A stretch of 61,348 bases of DNA, filler included. It is 8 parts of 8 records of this genome, joined end to end, with 100 filler letters (N's around TTAATTAATTAA, not from the genome) between each part and the next. Parts side by side here need not be neighbours in the genome. Positions count along the whole stretch, not along the records: positions 5,988 to 13,276 come from SRR2962707_3942; positions 13,377 to 21,728 come from SRR2962707_3953; 6 more parts are not named here. The stretch is one strand, 5' to 3'. The notes under the pieces are model-generated. The model did no database searches, was not told the origin of the DNA, and saw only the letters and a list, made by a program, of their open reading frames with translations. Every line of letters starts with the position of its first letter. Positions within the stretch are counted from its first letter, which is position 1. Position numbers and translations under genes: made by a program. Of the stretch, positions 9,315-19,094 are shown piece after piece.

Positions 9315-10181
9315 TTACGCCACGTCCGACAGCGTCGTTTGTGCTGTGACGTCCAAGGCGCGGCAGACGCTGCGGGTCAGTTCGGGGCGGTTAAGCGTGT
9401 AGAAATGCAGATTTTCAACGCCCTCATCCACAAGGGTGCTGCACATTTCGGTACACAGCGCTGTCGACAGCAGATCGTGACGGTCATCGCGGATCGCTGT
9501 TTCAAAGGCATCATCCAACCATGCGGGCACTTGAGTACCACAGCGCGTGGCAAAACCACGGGCGGATTTCCAGTTGGTGATCGGCATGATGCCGGGTGTG
9601 ATGGTTTTCGTGATGCCAGCCGCCGCGCAATCGTCGCGGAACCGCAGGAAGGTGTCTGCGTCAAAGAAGAACTGGGTGATCGCCTCGTCCGCGCCTGCGT
9701 CAAACTTGCGCTTGAGCCATTCGATGTTTTGCGCCTGATCCGCGCTTTCGGGGTGGGGTTCGGGATAGGCTCCGACGCGCAGGGTGAACTTGCCCGTGGC
9801 GGCCAAGGCTTCGATCAGTTCGACGCTGTTGGCGAACCCTTCGGGGTGGGGGGTAAACACCTTGGCACCGTTTTCGGGATCGCCGCGCAGGGCAACAATA
9901 TCCGTCACACCGATTTCGGCAAAGCTGTTGGCAACTTCCATTGTTTCGGCCTTGCTGGCACCGACGCAGGTCAGGTGCGCAGCAACGGGCAGGCCGGATG
10001 TGCGGCGCAGAACATGGGCAGAATCATGGGTCAGATCGCGGGTTGTGCCGCCAGCGCCGTAGGTGACCGAAAAGAAACGCGGTGCCAGAGGGGCCAGCGC
10101 CTGCGCCGTGTCCCAAAGGCGAAACGACGCATCGACAGACTTTGGTGGGAACACTTCGAAAGAGACGGCGGGGCTGGGCAT
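9315..10181 (-). CDS. metF: 5,10-methylenetetrahydrofolate reductase
   Basis: VSFEVFPPK, SVTYGAGG, AHLTCV, ALRGD, AITQFFF, LHFYTLN. Confidence 0.96.
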   Translation of the reverse strand: MPSPAVSFEVFPPKSVDASFRLWDTAQALAPLAPRFFSVTYGAGGTTRDLTHDSAHVLRRTSGLPVAAHLTCVGASKAETMEVANSFAEIGVTDIVALRGDPENGAKVFTPHPEGFANSVELIEALAATGKFTLRVGAYPEPHPESADQAQNIEWLKRKFDAGADEAITQFFFDADTFLRFRDDCAAAGITKTITPGIMPITNWKSARGFATRCGTQVPAWLDDAFETAIRDDRHDLLSTALCTEMCSTLVDEGVENLHFYTLNRPELTRSVCRALDVTAQTTLSDVA

Positions 10182-10230
10182 TTTTAGTATCCTGTTCTGG
10201 CTTTCGTATCTTGTCGCACAGATTTAGTTG

Positions 10231-10276
10231 TGAAACAAACTCATAACTTTCATCTTCAACATGAGGAACGCCTCAT
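10231..10276. promoter_or_regulatory. Candidate MetR sites: TGAAACAAACTCA (10231-10243) and palindrome ATGAGG-AACG-CCTCAT (10261-10276)
   Basis: Resembles the MetR consensus TGAA-N5-TTCA; lies between divergent metF and metR. Confidence 0.55.
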
Positions 10277-11182
10277 ATGCATATTGAGTTCCGCCATCTG
10301 CGTACCATTCAGGCCATCCACGAGGCGGGCGGGTTGGCGCGTGCTGCCGAGCAGATGAACATTACCCAGTCGGCGCTATCGCATCAGGTCAAAGGGCTTG
10401 AGGATCAGGCAGGCGTCGAGCTGTTTGTGAGGCGGTCCAAGCCCCTTAAGCTGTCGCCGGCGGGGTTGCGGTTGCTGAAGCTGGCGCAGCAGGTGTTGCC
10501 ACAGCTTGAGGCGGCGCAGGCCGAGTTTATGGGGTTGCGGGCAGGCAGCACCGGGCGGATGCACATTGCGATCGAATGTCACGCCTGTTTTGAATGGCTG
10601 TTTCCGGTGCTCGAGCAGTTTCGCAAATTATGGCCGGATGTGGATGTGGATATTCGCCCGGGTCTGGCATTCGACGCCCTGCCTGCATTGCTGCGCGAGG
10701 AAGTCGATCTGGTGGTGTCGTCGGACCCGGAGGAACTGCCGGGGGTCGAATTTGTCGAGCTGTTTGATTACAACCCGGTGTTTGTCGCGGCCAGCACTCA
10801 TCCGTTAGCAGAAAAACCATACGTAGAGGCCAAGGATTTTCGCACCGAAACGTTGATTACCTATCCGGTGGAGCGGACACGTCTGGATGTGTTCAGCCAG
10901 TTATTGATCCCGGCCAAGGTTGAACCATTGGCCATCCGGCAGGTTGAATTAACGGCGGTGATCTTGTTGTTGGTGGCGTCCAATCGCGGGGTGGCGGTGT
11001 TGCCGGATTGGGTGGTGCGCGAGGTCAAATACAGCAGCGACTATGTCACGCGGCCGCTGACGGAAAACGGGATCACGCGCAGGCTGTATGCAGCAGTGCG
11101 GCAGGATGATCTGGGTAAGCCATATATGGAGAAACTGCTGAAACTTGCGGGGCAAGAGGCGCGCAAGCTTCAGCAGAGCTAG
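10277..11182 (+). CDS. metR: LysR-family regulator MetR
   Basis: LysR HTH (TQSALSHQ); MetR signature IAIECHACFEWL; divergent from metF. Confidence 0.93.
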   Translation: MHIEFRHLRTIQAIHEAGGLARAAEQMNITQSALSHQVKGLEDQAGVELFVRRSKPLKLSPAGLRLLKLAQQVLPQLEAAQAEFMGLRAGSTGRMHIAIECHACFEWLFPVLEQFRKLWPDVDVDIRPGLAFDALPALLREEVDLVVSSDPEELPGVEFVELFDYNPVFVAASTHPLAEKPYVEAKDFRTETLITYPVERTRLDVFSQLLIPAKVEPLAIRQVELTAVILLLVASNRGVAVLPDWVVREVKYSSDYVTRPLTENGITRRLYAAVRQDDLGKPYMEKLLKLAGQEARKLQQS

Positions 11183-11185
11183 GGA

Positions 11186-11210
11186 TCGGGCGGGAACGGT
11201 CCCCGCCCGA
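11186..11210. terminator. GC-rich hairpin between convergent genes
   Basis: TCGGGCGGG-N7-CCCGCCCGA, 9-bp stem; no clear U-tract. Confidence 0.5.
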
Positions 11211-11215
11211 CAGGC

Positions 11216-12256
11216 TTAGACCACCTTGACGATGGCCTTGCCGTTGTTGCCACCGGTCAGCAGATCCATGAACGCTTGTGGTGCGTTTTCCAGACCTTCG
11301 GTGATGTCTTCTTGGATGGCGATCGACCCGTCCGCGACCTTTGGTGCGACCTCTTTCAGGAAGTTGGGGAAGTTGGCCCAGTGGTTCGAGATGATGAAAC
11401 CGTTCACGCTGAGGAAGTTCACCAAGATCGTGCGCCACAGTTTGGGGGCGGTCAGCGCTTCTTCGGCTGCGTTCGCGCCCAAACCACCGGCGTTGTACCA
11501 AGCGATCATGCCGCAGATCGGGATGCGGCCAAAGGGGTTCATCAACGGCATCACGGCTTCAAGCACTTTGCCACCGACGTTTTCGAAATAGATGTCGATG
11601 CCTTTGGGGCAGGCATCTTTCAATGCGGCGCGCAGGGATTTCGCATCCGGATAGCCGCGGTGATCCAGACATTCGTCAAAGCCAAAATGTTCCTTGGCCG
11701 TCGCGCATTTATCCGCACCGCCTGCGATGCCGACCACACGCAGCCCGTGCGCCTTGGCGATCTGGCCGACCATGGAGCCAACAGGACCGGTAGCGGCGGC
11801 AACGACCAGCGTTTCGCCAGCCTTGGGGCGACCATATTCCATCAGACCCTGCCAGCCCGTAAAGCCGGGCATGCCCAAGACGCCCAATGATGTGGTGATC
11901 GGCACCTGCGCGGGGTCGACTTTGCGCAGCATTTTGGCGGGTTGCACGCCATGGGTGGACCAGCCGAACATGCCAAATGCGAAATCGCCCGGTTTGAAAT
12001 CGGGGCTGTTGGACGCGATGACCTCGCCGACCGATCCGCCTTCCATGGTGCCACCGATGGGCACCGGGGCCGCATAGGATTTCGCATCATCCATGCGACC
12101 GCGCATATAGGGGTCAAGCGACATATAGTGCACGCGCACCAGTACTTCGCCATCGCCCGGCGTTGGCACGGCGGATTCTTCTAGACGAAAGTTATCGGCT
12201 GTGGGCGCGCCATCGGGGCGGGATGCCAAGACGATATGTTTCATTGTATCGGTCAT
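11216..12256 (-). CDS. NADP-dependent oxidoreductase (MDR, CurA/PTGR-like)
   Basis: LASRPDGAP, SLDPYMRGRM, LGMPGFT, AATGPVGS, YFENVGG. Confidence 0.92.
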   Translation of the reverse strand: MTDTMKHIVLASRPDGAPTADNFRLEESAVPTPGDGEVLVRVHYMSLDPYMRGRMDDAKSYAAPVPIGGTMEGGSVGEVIASNSPDFKPGDFAFGMFGWSTHGVQPAKMLRKVDPAQVPITTSLGVLGMPGFTGWQGLMEYGRPKAGETLVVAAATGPVGSMVGQIAKAHGLRVVGIAGGADKCATAKEHFGFDECLDHRGYPDAKSLRAALKDACPKGIDIYFENVGGKVLEAVMPLMNPFGRIPICGMIAWYNAGGLGANAAEEALTAPKLWRTILVNFLSVNGFIISNHWANFPNFLKEVAPKVADGSIAIQEDITEGLENAPQAFMDLLTGGNNGKAIVKVV

Positions 12257-12441
12257 TTCGGGGTCCTCCATTCATGTCCTCAGGGGGCACCGTATCTGGA
12301 AACCCTTATCACGCAAGGCAGGTTCAACCGACACGTTGCGTCAGAGCCTCGTTTACCATCGTGCGCCTTTGGCAATCAGGCCCTTGGCAATCTGGGCTTG
12401 CGGGCTTAAAGGGAGGGCTGATTGAATGAAGGGCGCGGAAA

Positions 12442-13227
12442 ATGGTTGGCAGTGCAAATCTAAACATCATGATCAAGGCCGCGCGGCGCGCTGGCCGTGG
12501 GCTGGTCAAGGATTTCCGTGAGGTAGAGAACCTTCAGGTGTCTATGAAAGGTGCCGGCGATTTCGTAAGCCGCGCCGATCTGCAGGCGGAAAAGATCATC
12601 AAAGAAGAATTGATGGGCGCACGTCCGACCTATGGCTGGTTGGCCGAGGAAGGCGGCGGCGAAGAGGGCCAAGACCCGACACGCCGCTGGATCGTGGATC
12701 CGCTGGATGGCACAACGAACTTTCTGCACGGTTTGCCGCATTGGGCGATTTCCATCGCGTTGGAGCACAAAGGCCAGATCGTTGCCGGTGTAGTGTTCGA
12801 CCCGGCCAAGGACGAGATGTTCTTTGCCGAAAAAGGTGCCGGTGCGTGGATGAATGACATGCGTTTGCGTGTTTCTGGCCGTCATCGGATGATCGAATCT
12901 ATTTTTGCCACTGGCCTGCCCTTTGCTGGCCGTGCCGATCTGCCCGACACGCTGCGTGATCTGGGGCGCATTCTGCCGGTTTGTGCAGGCGTGCGGCGCT
13001 GGGGCGCTGCGGCGCTGGATTTGGCCTATGTGGCTGCGGGTCGTTATGACGGCTATTGGGAGCGTCGTTTGAATTCATGGGATCTGGCGGCGGGCATGCT
13101 GATCGTGCGCGAAGCCGGTGGCATGGTCGAACCGATGAACCCTGCGGGCGACATTCTGGCCGACGGCGAGATCGTCTGCGCGAACGAGGCGTTGTTCTCG
13201 GGGTTTGCGAAAATCGCACGCGGCTGA
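12442..13227 (+). CDS. suhB: Inositol monophosphatase-family protein SuhB
   Basis: WIVDPLDGTTNFLHG, RRWGAAALDL, WDLAAG. Confidence 0.92.
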   Translation: MVGSANLNIMIKAARRAGRGLVKDFREVENLQVSMKGAGDFVSRADLQAEKIIKEELMGARPTYGWLAEEGGGEEGQDPTRRWIVDPLDGTTNFLHGLPHWAISIALEHKGQIVAGVVFDPAKDEMFFAEKGAGAWMNDMRLRVSGRHRMIESIFATGLPFAGRADLPDTLRDLGRILPVCAGVRRWGAAALDLAYVAAGRYDGYWERRLNSWDLAAGMLIVREAGGMVEPMNPAGDILADGEIVCANEALFSGFAKIARG

Positions 13228-13384
13228 GCGCGTTGCCGGGGGCGGGATGCCTTCGGCGAGGATTTAAGTCCATTTGNNNNNNNNNNNNNNNNNNNNNNNN
13301 NNNNNNNNNNNNNNNNNNNNTTAATTAATTAANNNNNNNNNNNNNNNNNNNNNNNNNNNNNNNNNNNNNNNNNNNNGGCCCCAA

Positions 13385-16300
13385 GTGGGTGCCAACTGCA
13401 CGCTTCCTCTAGAACTACAGATCACGGACGTAACTGTACGGCCTAGGCCGCAGGCGTGGCGCAATGGCAAGCCTCGAAAAGGTTTGGAGGGCGAACGAGT
13501 GTCCGTCTACGTGTCTGGAACCACCGCGGAGGGTTTTGGCGTGGTGCTGGAGGTCGCCGACTTCAAGCCGTATGTCTTCATCCGCGTGCCGGAGGAGTGG
13601 CAGAGTGACGACGCCGCAAATTTCGTGGCAACCCTCAACAAAGCCCACACGCGTGGCCGTGGCGAGCCCATGACGGGGGAGCTGCTGCGCAGGTTCCATG
13701 CGGTTGGGTACCGACCGGGTCCTGATGGGCAGCCGTTTCGCTTCAATTTCGTGAAAGTGGGGTTTCCCACGCTGCGCCTCCGAGATGCTGTCTGCAAGCA
13801 CTTCAAGGCTGCCCCTGGGGGCACCCGGCGACCGGGGAACGATGCCATGTGGACTGGACTGCTCCGGGCAATGGGTATGGCTCACTCGCCTGCAGATCTT
13901 GAAGCACTTGGGGACGAAGTGTTCACTCTCCACCACGACCAGATTCCCCATGCGCAAGCATTCATGAACACCGTTGGCGTATCAGCGTCGGCGTGGCTTC
14001 GGGTCGATGCTGGTGTGTTGGTTGCTGCAACGAAAAGCCCTCACAAGTTCAGCAACATGCAGGTCGAGGTGCAGCGGGTAAAGGTTGCTGACCTGCATCC
14101 TGTTGAGCGGAGCGCCATGGCACCAATGGTAATTCTCAGCTTCGACATCGAAAGCTACTCCGAGTCCCGAGAGTTTCCCAAGTGGTGGAACCCCGATGAC
14201 AAGATTATTAACGTTGGCATGAATTTTGCCACTTGTGCTGGTGCGACCAAGCTCCCTGTGAGCGATGGCGCTGGTGGTGACAAGGTTGAAGCGAAAGTCT
14301 TGGGTGATGGCATCTTGCGGACGGTGCTGTGCCTTGGTGCAACAGGCAACAGCGACGACGTGCACATTTCAACGTTCGACACGGAGGCTGAGCTACTCTC
14401 CGCTTTTCAAGAACGAATAGCAGACCCTGGTCTTGACCCAGATATTTTGCTCGGCTACAACATTTTTGACTTCGACTTCATGTACCTGGCACAGCGTGCT
14501 GCGCTCATCACTCTCATGCGGCAGTTGCAGCAGAAGCCTTGGCCGGAAGTGGACGCGTTGTGGCGCTCAACGCGCAAGAAGGTAGCCGCGTTCAACGGAT
14601 ACGCCGACAGCTATCGGGCTTGTTCTGATTCTGACATCAAGGGCAAGAAAGCAATTCTGCAGCGGATGCACGCGATATTTGAGACCAGGGGGTCACGACT
14701 TCCTTCAATGCCGTCAGAGCCCATGCTGCTTGGCAAATACGAGACTGCCGATGAGCTTCGAGCAGCATGGACCTACTTTGGAGGCCAACCCAGCACGACA
14801 TTTAACAGCTGCAGCCGGCTGGCAGCGGATGTGTGCACACTTCAAACTCACACGTTGGAAAGCTCAGCCATGGGGTCCAATGAACTTCGCCGATTTGACA
14901 TGGCAGGCCGTGTGTGCCTTGATTTGTGGCTGCACCTGAAGAACGGAAACTCCAAACTGAGCAGCTACTCATTGTCGAGCGTGTCCCAGCACTTCTTGGG
15001 ACTTGACAAAGCAGACATGCCCTACAATACGCTCTTTGACTACTACGCAAGCGGAGATCCACAAAAGCGCGCTGAGATAGCAGCGTACTGCAGCCGTGAT
15101 TGTGATCTTCCCATTTTGTTGGTGAACAAGCTCGGGACCATATCCGACCTTGTGGAAATGTCTCGTGTGTGTCGCACTCCACTTCCAGCACTTACAACTC
15201 GAGGGCAGCAGGTAAAAGTTTACTCACAACTTGCGTTCGAGGTTGAGTGTGCTGGAGCTGTCCTGAACACGGTCAGTATAGCCCCGCCATCGACGTACGT
15301 GGGTGCAACCGTCATTGAGCCAAAACCTGGGTACCATGACTTGCCGGTTGCGACGCTGGACTTTGCCTCGCTGTATCCTTCCATCATGCAAGCAAACAAC
15401 ATCGGGCCAGGGTCTTATGTCCTTCCGGGGGACGTTGCACATGTGCGACAAATGGCCGCAGACGGCAAAGTTGAAGTCAACGTGATTTCTACTGCTGCGG
15501 ACAACCCGCAGTCAGCAATTGCAAACCTACACGCCAAGCAGCGTGAGGCCCAGTCACCGTCGACCCCATCCTCCAACTGCTCCGAGGAAGACACTGGAGT
15601 GGGCGCTCTTGAACGTATTGGCAACGATGGGGGTGGAGCAGCTGGTGCTGCAGAAAAGCAGGATGACACCACGCACCTTTTCGTCGCTAGCACAACGTAC
15701 AAAGGTCTGGTTCCAAAGTTGCTGTCCAAACTGCTTCATGCCCGTTCAGAAGTAAAAAAACAAATGAAGAAAGAGAAAGACAAGTTCAAATACGGCATGC
15801 TCAACAGTAAGCAGCTGGCAATCAAGATATCTTGCAACTCTGTCTACGGTTTCTTTGGTGTGAAGGCGGGATATCTTCCGTGCTGGCCTGTTGCTGCTTG
15901 CACGACTGCTACTGGACGACGGTATATCGACCAAACGAAAGAAGCAGTGGAGTCCAAGTACACGAAGGCTAATGGCTATCCGGGCGACGCAGAGGTTGTG
16001 TACGGCGATACAGACTCTGTAATGGTCAAATTTCAGGGGGTTCCACGCAGCATGGACGGAATGAAGCAGGCATGGAAACTTGCCGAGGAAGCAGCTGACT
16101 ACGTTTCAGATGTGACCTTTGCAGCTGAACGTGAAATTGTGCTTGAAGCTGAGAAGGTTTACTGGCCATACATGATTTGGGACACGAAGAAGCGGTACAT
16201 CGGTCGTTGTTTCATGCACCCAGATTATCCACCAAAGATTGACGCAAAAGGTGTCGAATTAGTTCGACGTGATAATGCGAAACTAGTACGTGATATTTAT

Positions 16301-18951
16301 GGCCGCCTTGTCGAGGCTATCATGCCATTGGAGGGCGCTGCGAGAAGTGTCGAAGAGACTCGCGAAGTCGTTGAGCGCCATTTGGAGATGGAGCTCAAAC
16401 GCATTGTCAATGATGAACTTCCTCTCAGTGATTATATTATCACAAAAAGTCTGAAACAAGGCTACAAAAGTGACCATCTTCCGCACGTGCAATTAGTGAA
16501 GAAAATTAACAGGCGCATTAAAACTGGTCAGCTTGTCCGAGAGCCACCGAAGTCTGGCCAGCGCATTCCGTATGTGATTGTGCAAGGCAAAGGGCAGGTC
16601 TACCAGCGAGCGGAAGACCCCGAGTGGATGACTTCGAAGGCTGAATCTGTGGATCACGACGTGCGAAAAAAGGCTCCTAAGCTCGATCGGGTGTATTATC
16701 TTGACCAGCAGCTGAAAAATGCCCTAACAAAGCTGACAATGTATTTTCACACCACAGCCAAAGTGTTTCGAGATGCTGAAGGAGCCGTGTCCCGGCAGCA
16801 AGGTGGCAACCATAGCATCACCAACTTTTTTTGTGCGGGAGCAGGCTCGATTGGCAAGAGGAAACACCCACTAAAGCCCAGTGTGGAGTCAAGCGCAGAC
16901 GTCACCAGCTCCAAGTCGTTGGACGACAGCGAAGCAAGAAAAATGGTGGCCAAGAGGCCCCGCACGGCCGATGAAACCAAATCCGTGGCTGACAAGATTT
17001 CTGCACGGTTGGCCAAGGCGTCTGCCAGCTTAGCAAACCACCGATCTGCAAAGCCGCAATCGAAAAAATCCATTGCAAGACCGAAAACTGCAGCAGCGTC
17101 CAAACGCAAGATCTCGTCGCGGAAAAGCACATCAACAGAGGCGAAGACTACGGTCAAGCGTGTGCGGAAGAAGAAGCACAGTATTCTGGACTCCTCCTCA
17201 GATGAAGATGAGGAGGAGGACGATGAACACAGGCCCATCGACTACGGGCTTGAAGAAGATGATGGGGACGATTTTGACGTCAGCGAAGCGGACACTGCAG
17301 CGCCGATTGGCAGCGATATCGGGATTTCAACTTTTGCCAGTGGCTCGTTAGCACAAGAGCCAAATAGCGCAGACAATAGCCACGACCAAGATACTCGCAC
17401 CTCAAGAGACGAGGGTGCGGCGGACGATGACGATAGCGAGGAAGAATCCAGCGACAGCGACGAGGAGCTTGAAGAAACAGACCCACTTGATCTCGAATCC
17501 CTCGAAAACGTGGCGCAAGAGTGGTTCTTCCGCGCTAGATCCGAAATTTTGTACCCCGCTTCCACGATGCTGGAACAAATCAAGTTTTTTCTTGCTGCAC
17601 CCATTACGCAGGTGAGTTGTCGATGTCGTGTTGCGAGATCGTCCGAAATGCCAACCAGTGCCCGATCCTAACATCTCGACTGTGGTGCGGCCTGCTGCAA
17701 CTAGGCATCCCAAGCTGTGGCCATGATGAGACAGTCGCGTAAAGCAGCTCCGGAGGAAATCGAATTCTGGGACGCTCTTGTCGCAGCCCGGTCAAGCGGT
17801 GACGTGCGTATCCCGACAGCAGCCGAAGTTGCTACGTCCGAAAAGCCCGCATCTGCAATTGCGCAATCGCGGGAGGCGGTCAACACCGGAAGTCCAGACG
17901 AGACTCCTCGCATAGACCCAGGTCAGCTTACAGTGCAAACATTTTCGTCCCTGCAGTGGCATGCATGACGTTTCTTTCCCGTTGGCCGTTCATCGTTGCA
18001 TGATCTGCAGTGCCCGTTGCTTCAACGTATTGTTGACCCGTGCTGATTGTAGGGACCCGCATTGCAGTATTCTGGCCGCTGGACGATGAATGGTACTCTG
18101 GCACCGTCGGTGAATTTGATAACGCGCGCCAGCTGCATTCTATCACCTACGATGACGACGAGCACGCCTGGCTTGATCTTAGTGCCGAAGACTTCAAGGT
18201 GCTTGATACACCAACCCAAAGCAACACAGAAACCAGCAGCGCGGGTTGTTTGGGCAAGAATGAAGGGACGGATGACGCAGCCACAATTGGGTCAATTTCA
18301 TCACTAAACGACAGAAATTGTATCAACAGTGATAAAACGAAGCTCGAGGTGATTGTGGATCCTGTCGAAGCCCTCCGCGCCAAAGAAGAAGCTCTGCTAC
18401 AACAAGATGAGGATGAAAACTCGTTGCTCAATGTGCACATCGCCGTGCATGCTGTGCATGCTGCAGAGCAGAGGCAGATGGAAGACGATGAAAAGCAAGA
18501 CGAAGAATTGAAAGAAGGGCGAAGTCAAGTGCAAGATTCCACGGTTGGTGCTGCCATTGCGACAGCTGAAGCCTGCATGGCTGAATCATCCTCGTCAGGA
18601 GACGAAAACATTGGCAACATCGAATGCGAGCCTTCAACGGCCGACAAGTCTTCTGAGTCCACTCCAACTACTGTCACAGCGGGGGTAGGGGAAATGGACA
18701 AAGCAAATGTTGGGCGTTCCAAATCAGTACTGAAGGTGCTCGCCAAACTCAAAAATTCTGTGGACGTGATACAGCTGAACAACAAGTACAAACAGGACAT
18801 ATCAGCCGCTGCGGCATTAGCTGCAACAATTGCGGCTTATGCTGAGGAAAATGACGACTCAAGTGAATCTAAAATGCTCTCGCAAGAGCAGTCTGAGTTT
18901 GATGACCAATTTGATATTGGGGACATGGACTTTGGCGATGATGTTCTTTAA
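13385..18951 (+). CDS. Family B DNA polymerase of giant-virus type with a long C-terminal extension and Tudor domain; predicted exons 13385-17611, 17705-17921, 18053-18951 (5' end may be incomplete)
   Basis: ExoI SFDIES, ExoII GYNIFDFD, ExoIII YCSRD, motif A DFASLYPS, motif B KISCNSVYG, motif C YGDTDS (16001-16018). Introns 17612-17704 (CAG|GTGAGT...CTAAC...TAG, phase 0) and 17922-18052 (phase 1) join the frames without stops. The PolB call is firm; the splice model is inferred. Confidence 0.85.
18053..18210 (+). other. Tudor-like domain (PDS5/MSH6 type) in the predicted last exon
   Basis: GTRIAVFWPLDDEWYSGTVGEFDNARQLHSITYDDDEHAWLDL matches the VxWPxDxxWYxGxV...HxxxYDDG pattern. Confidence 0.8.
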
Positions 18952-19094
18952 ATATTAACTATGGTCGTGAGTGGCGAACACGATTGTCAACCGTTGGAAA
19001 CGTCGAACAAATTCTGTCTCCGCTCCTTTGTTGTGAGCTTACTGCTTCTCCGTTTGTAGCACACAAGGTAATCACCACGGGGTACTCACAGCAA

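Noticed and set aside
12366-12396. 15-bp-period repeat containing TTGGCAATC upstream of suhB
   Set aside because: Only two imperfect copies and no known regulator match; insufficient support.
15990-16030. Intein in PolB
   Set aside because: YGDTDS and the other usual insertion sites are uninterrupted.
13385-17671. Calling the polymerase canonical POLD1, or part of a free virus or Polinton
   Set aside because: No CysA/CysB, not a protein-primed type, no capsid, ATPase or integrase genes nearby, and the neighbour is an intron-rich cellular gene. Left without a gene symbol pending phylogeny.
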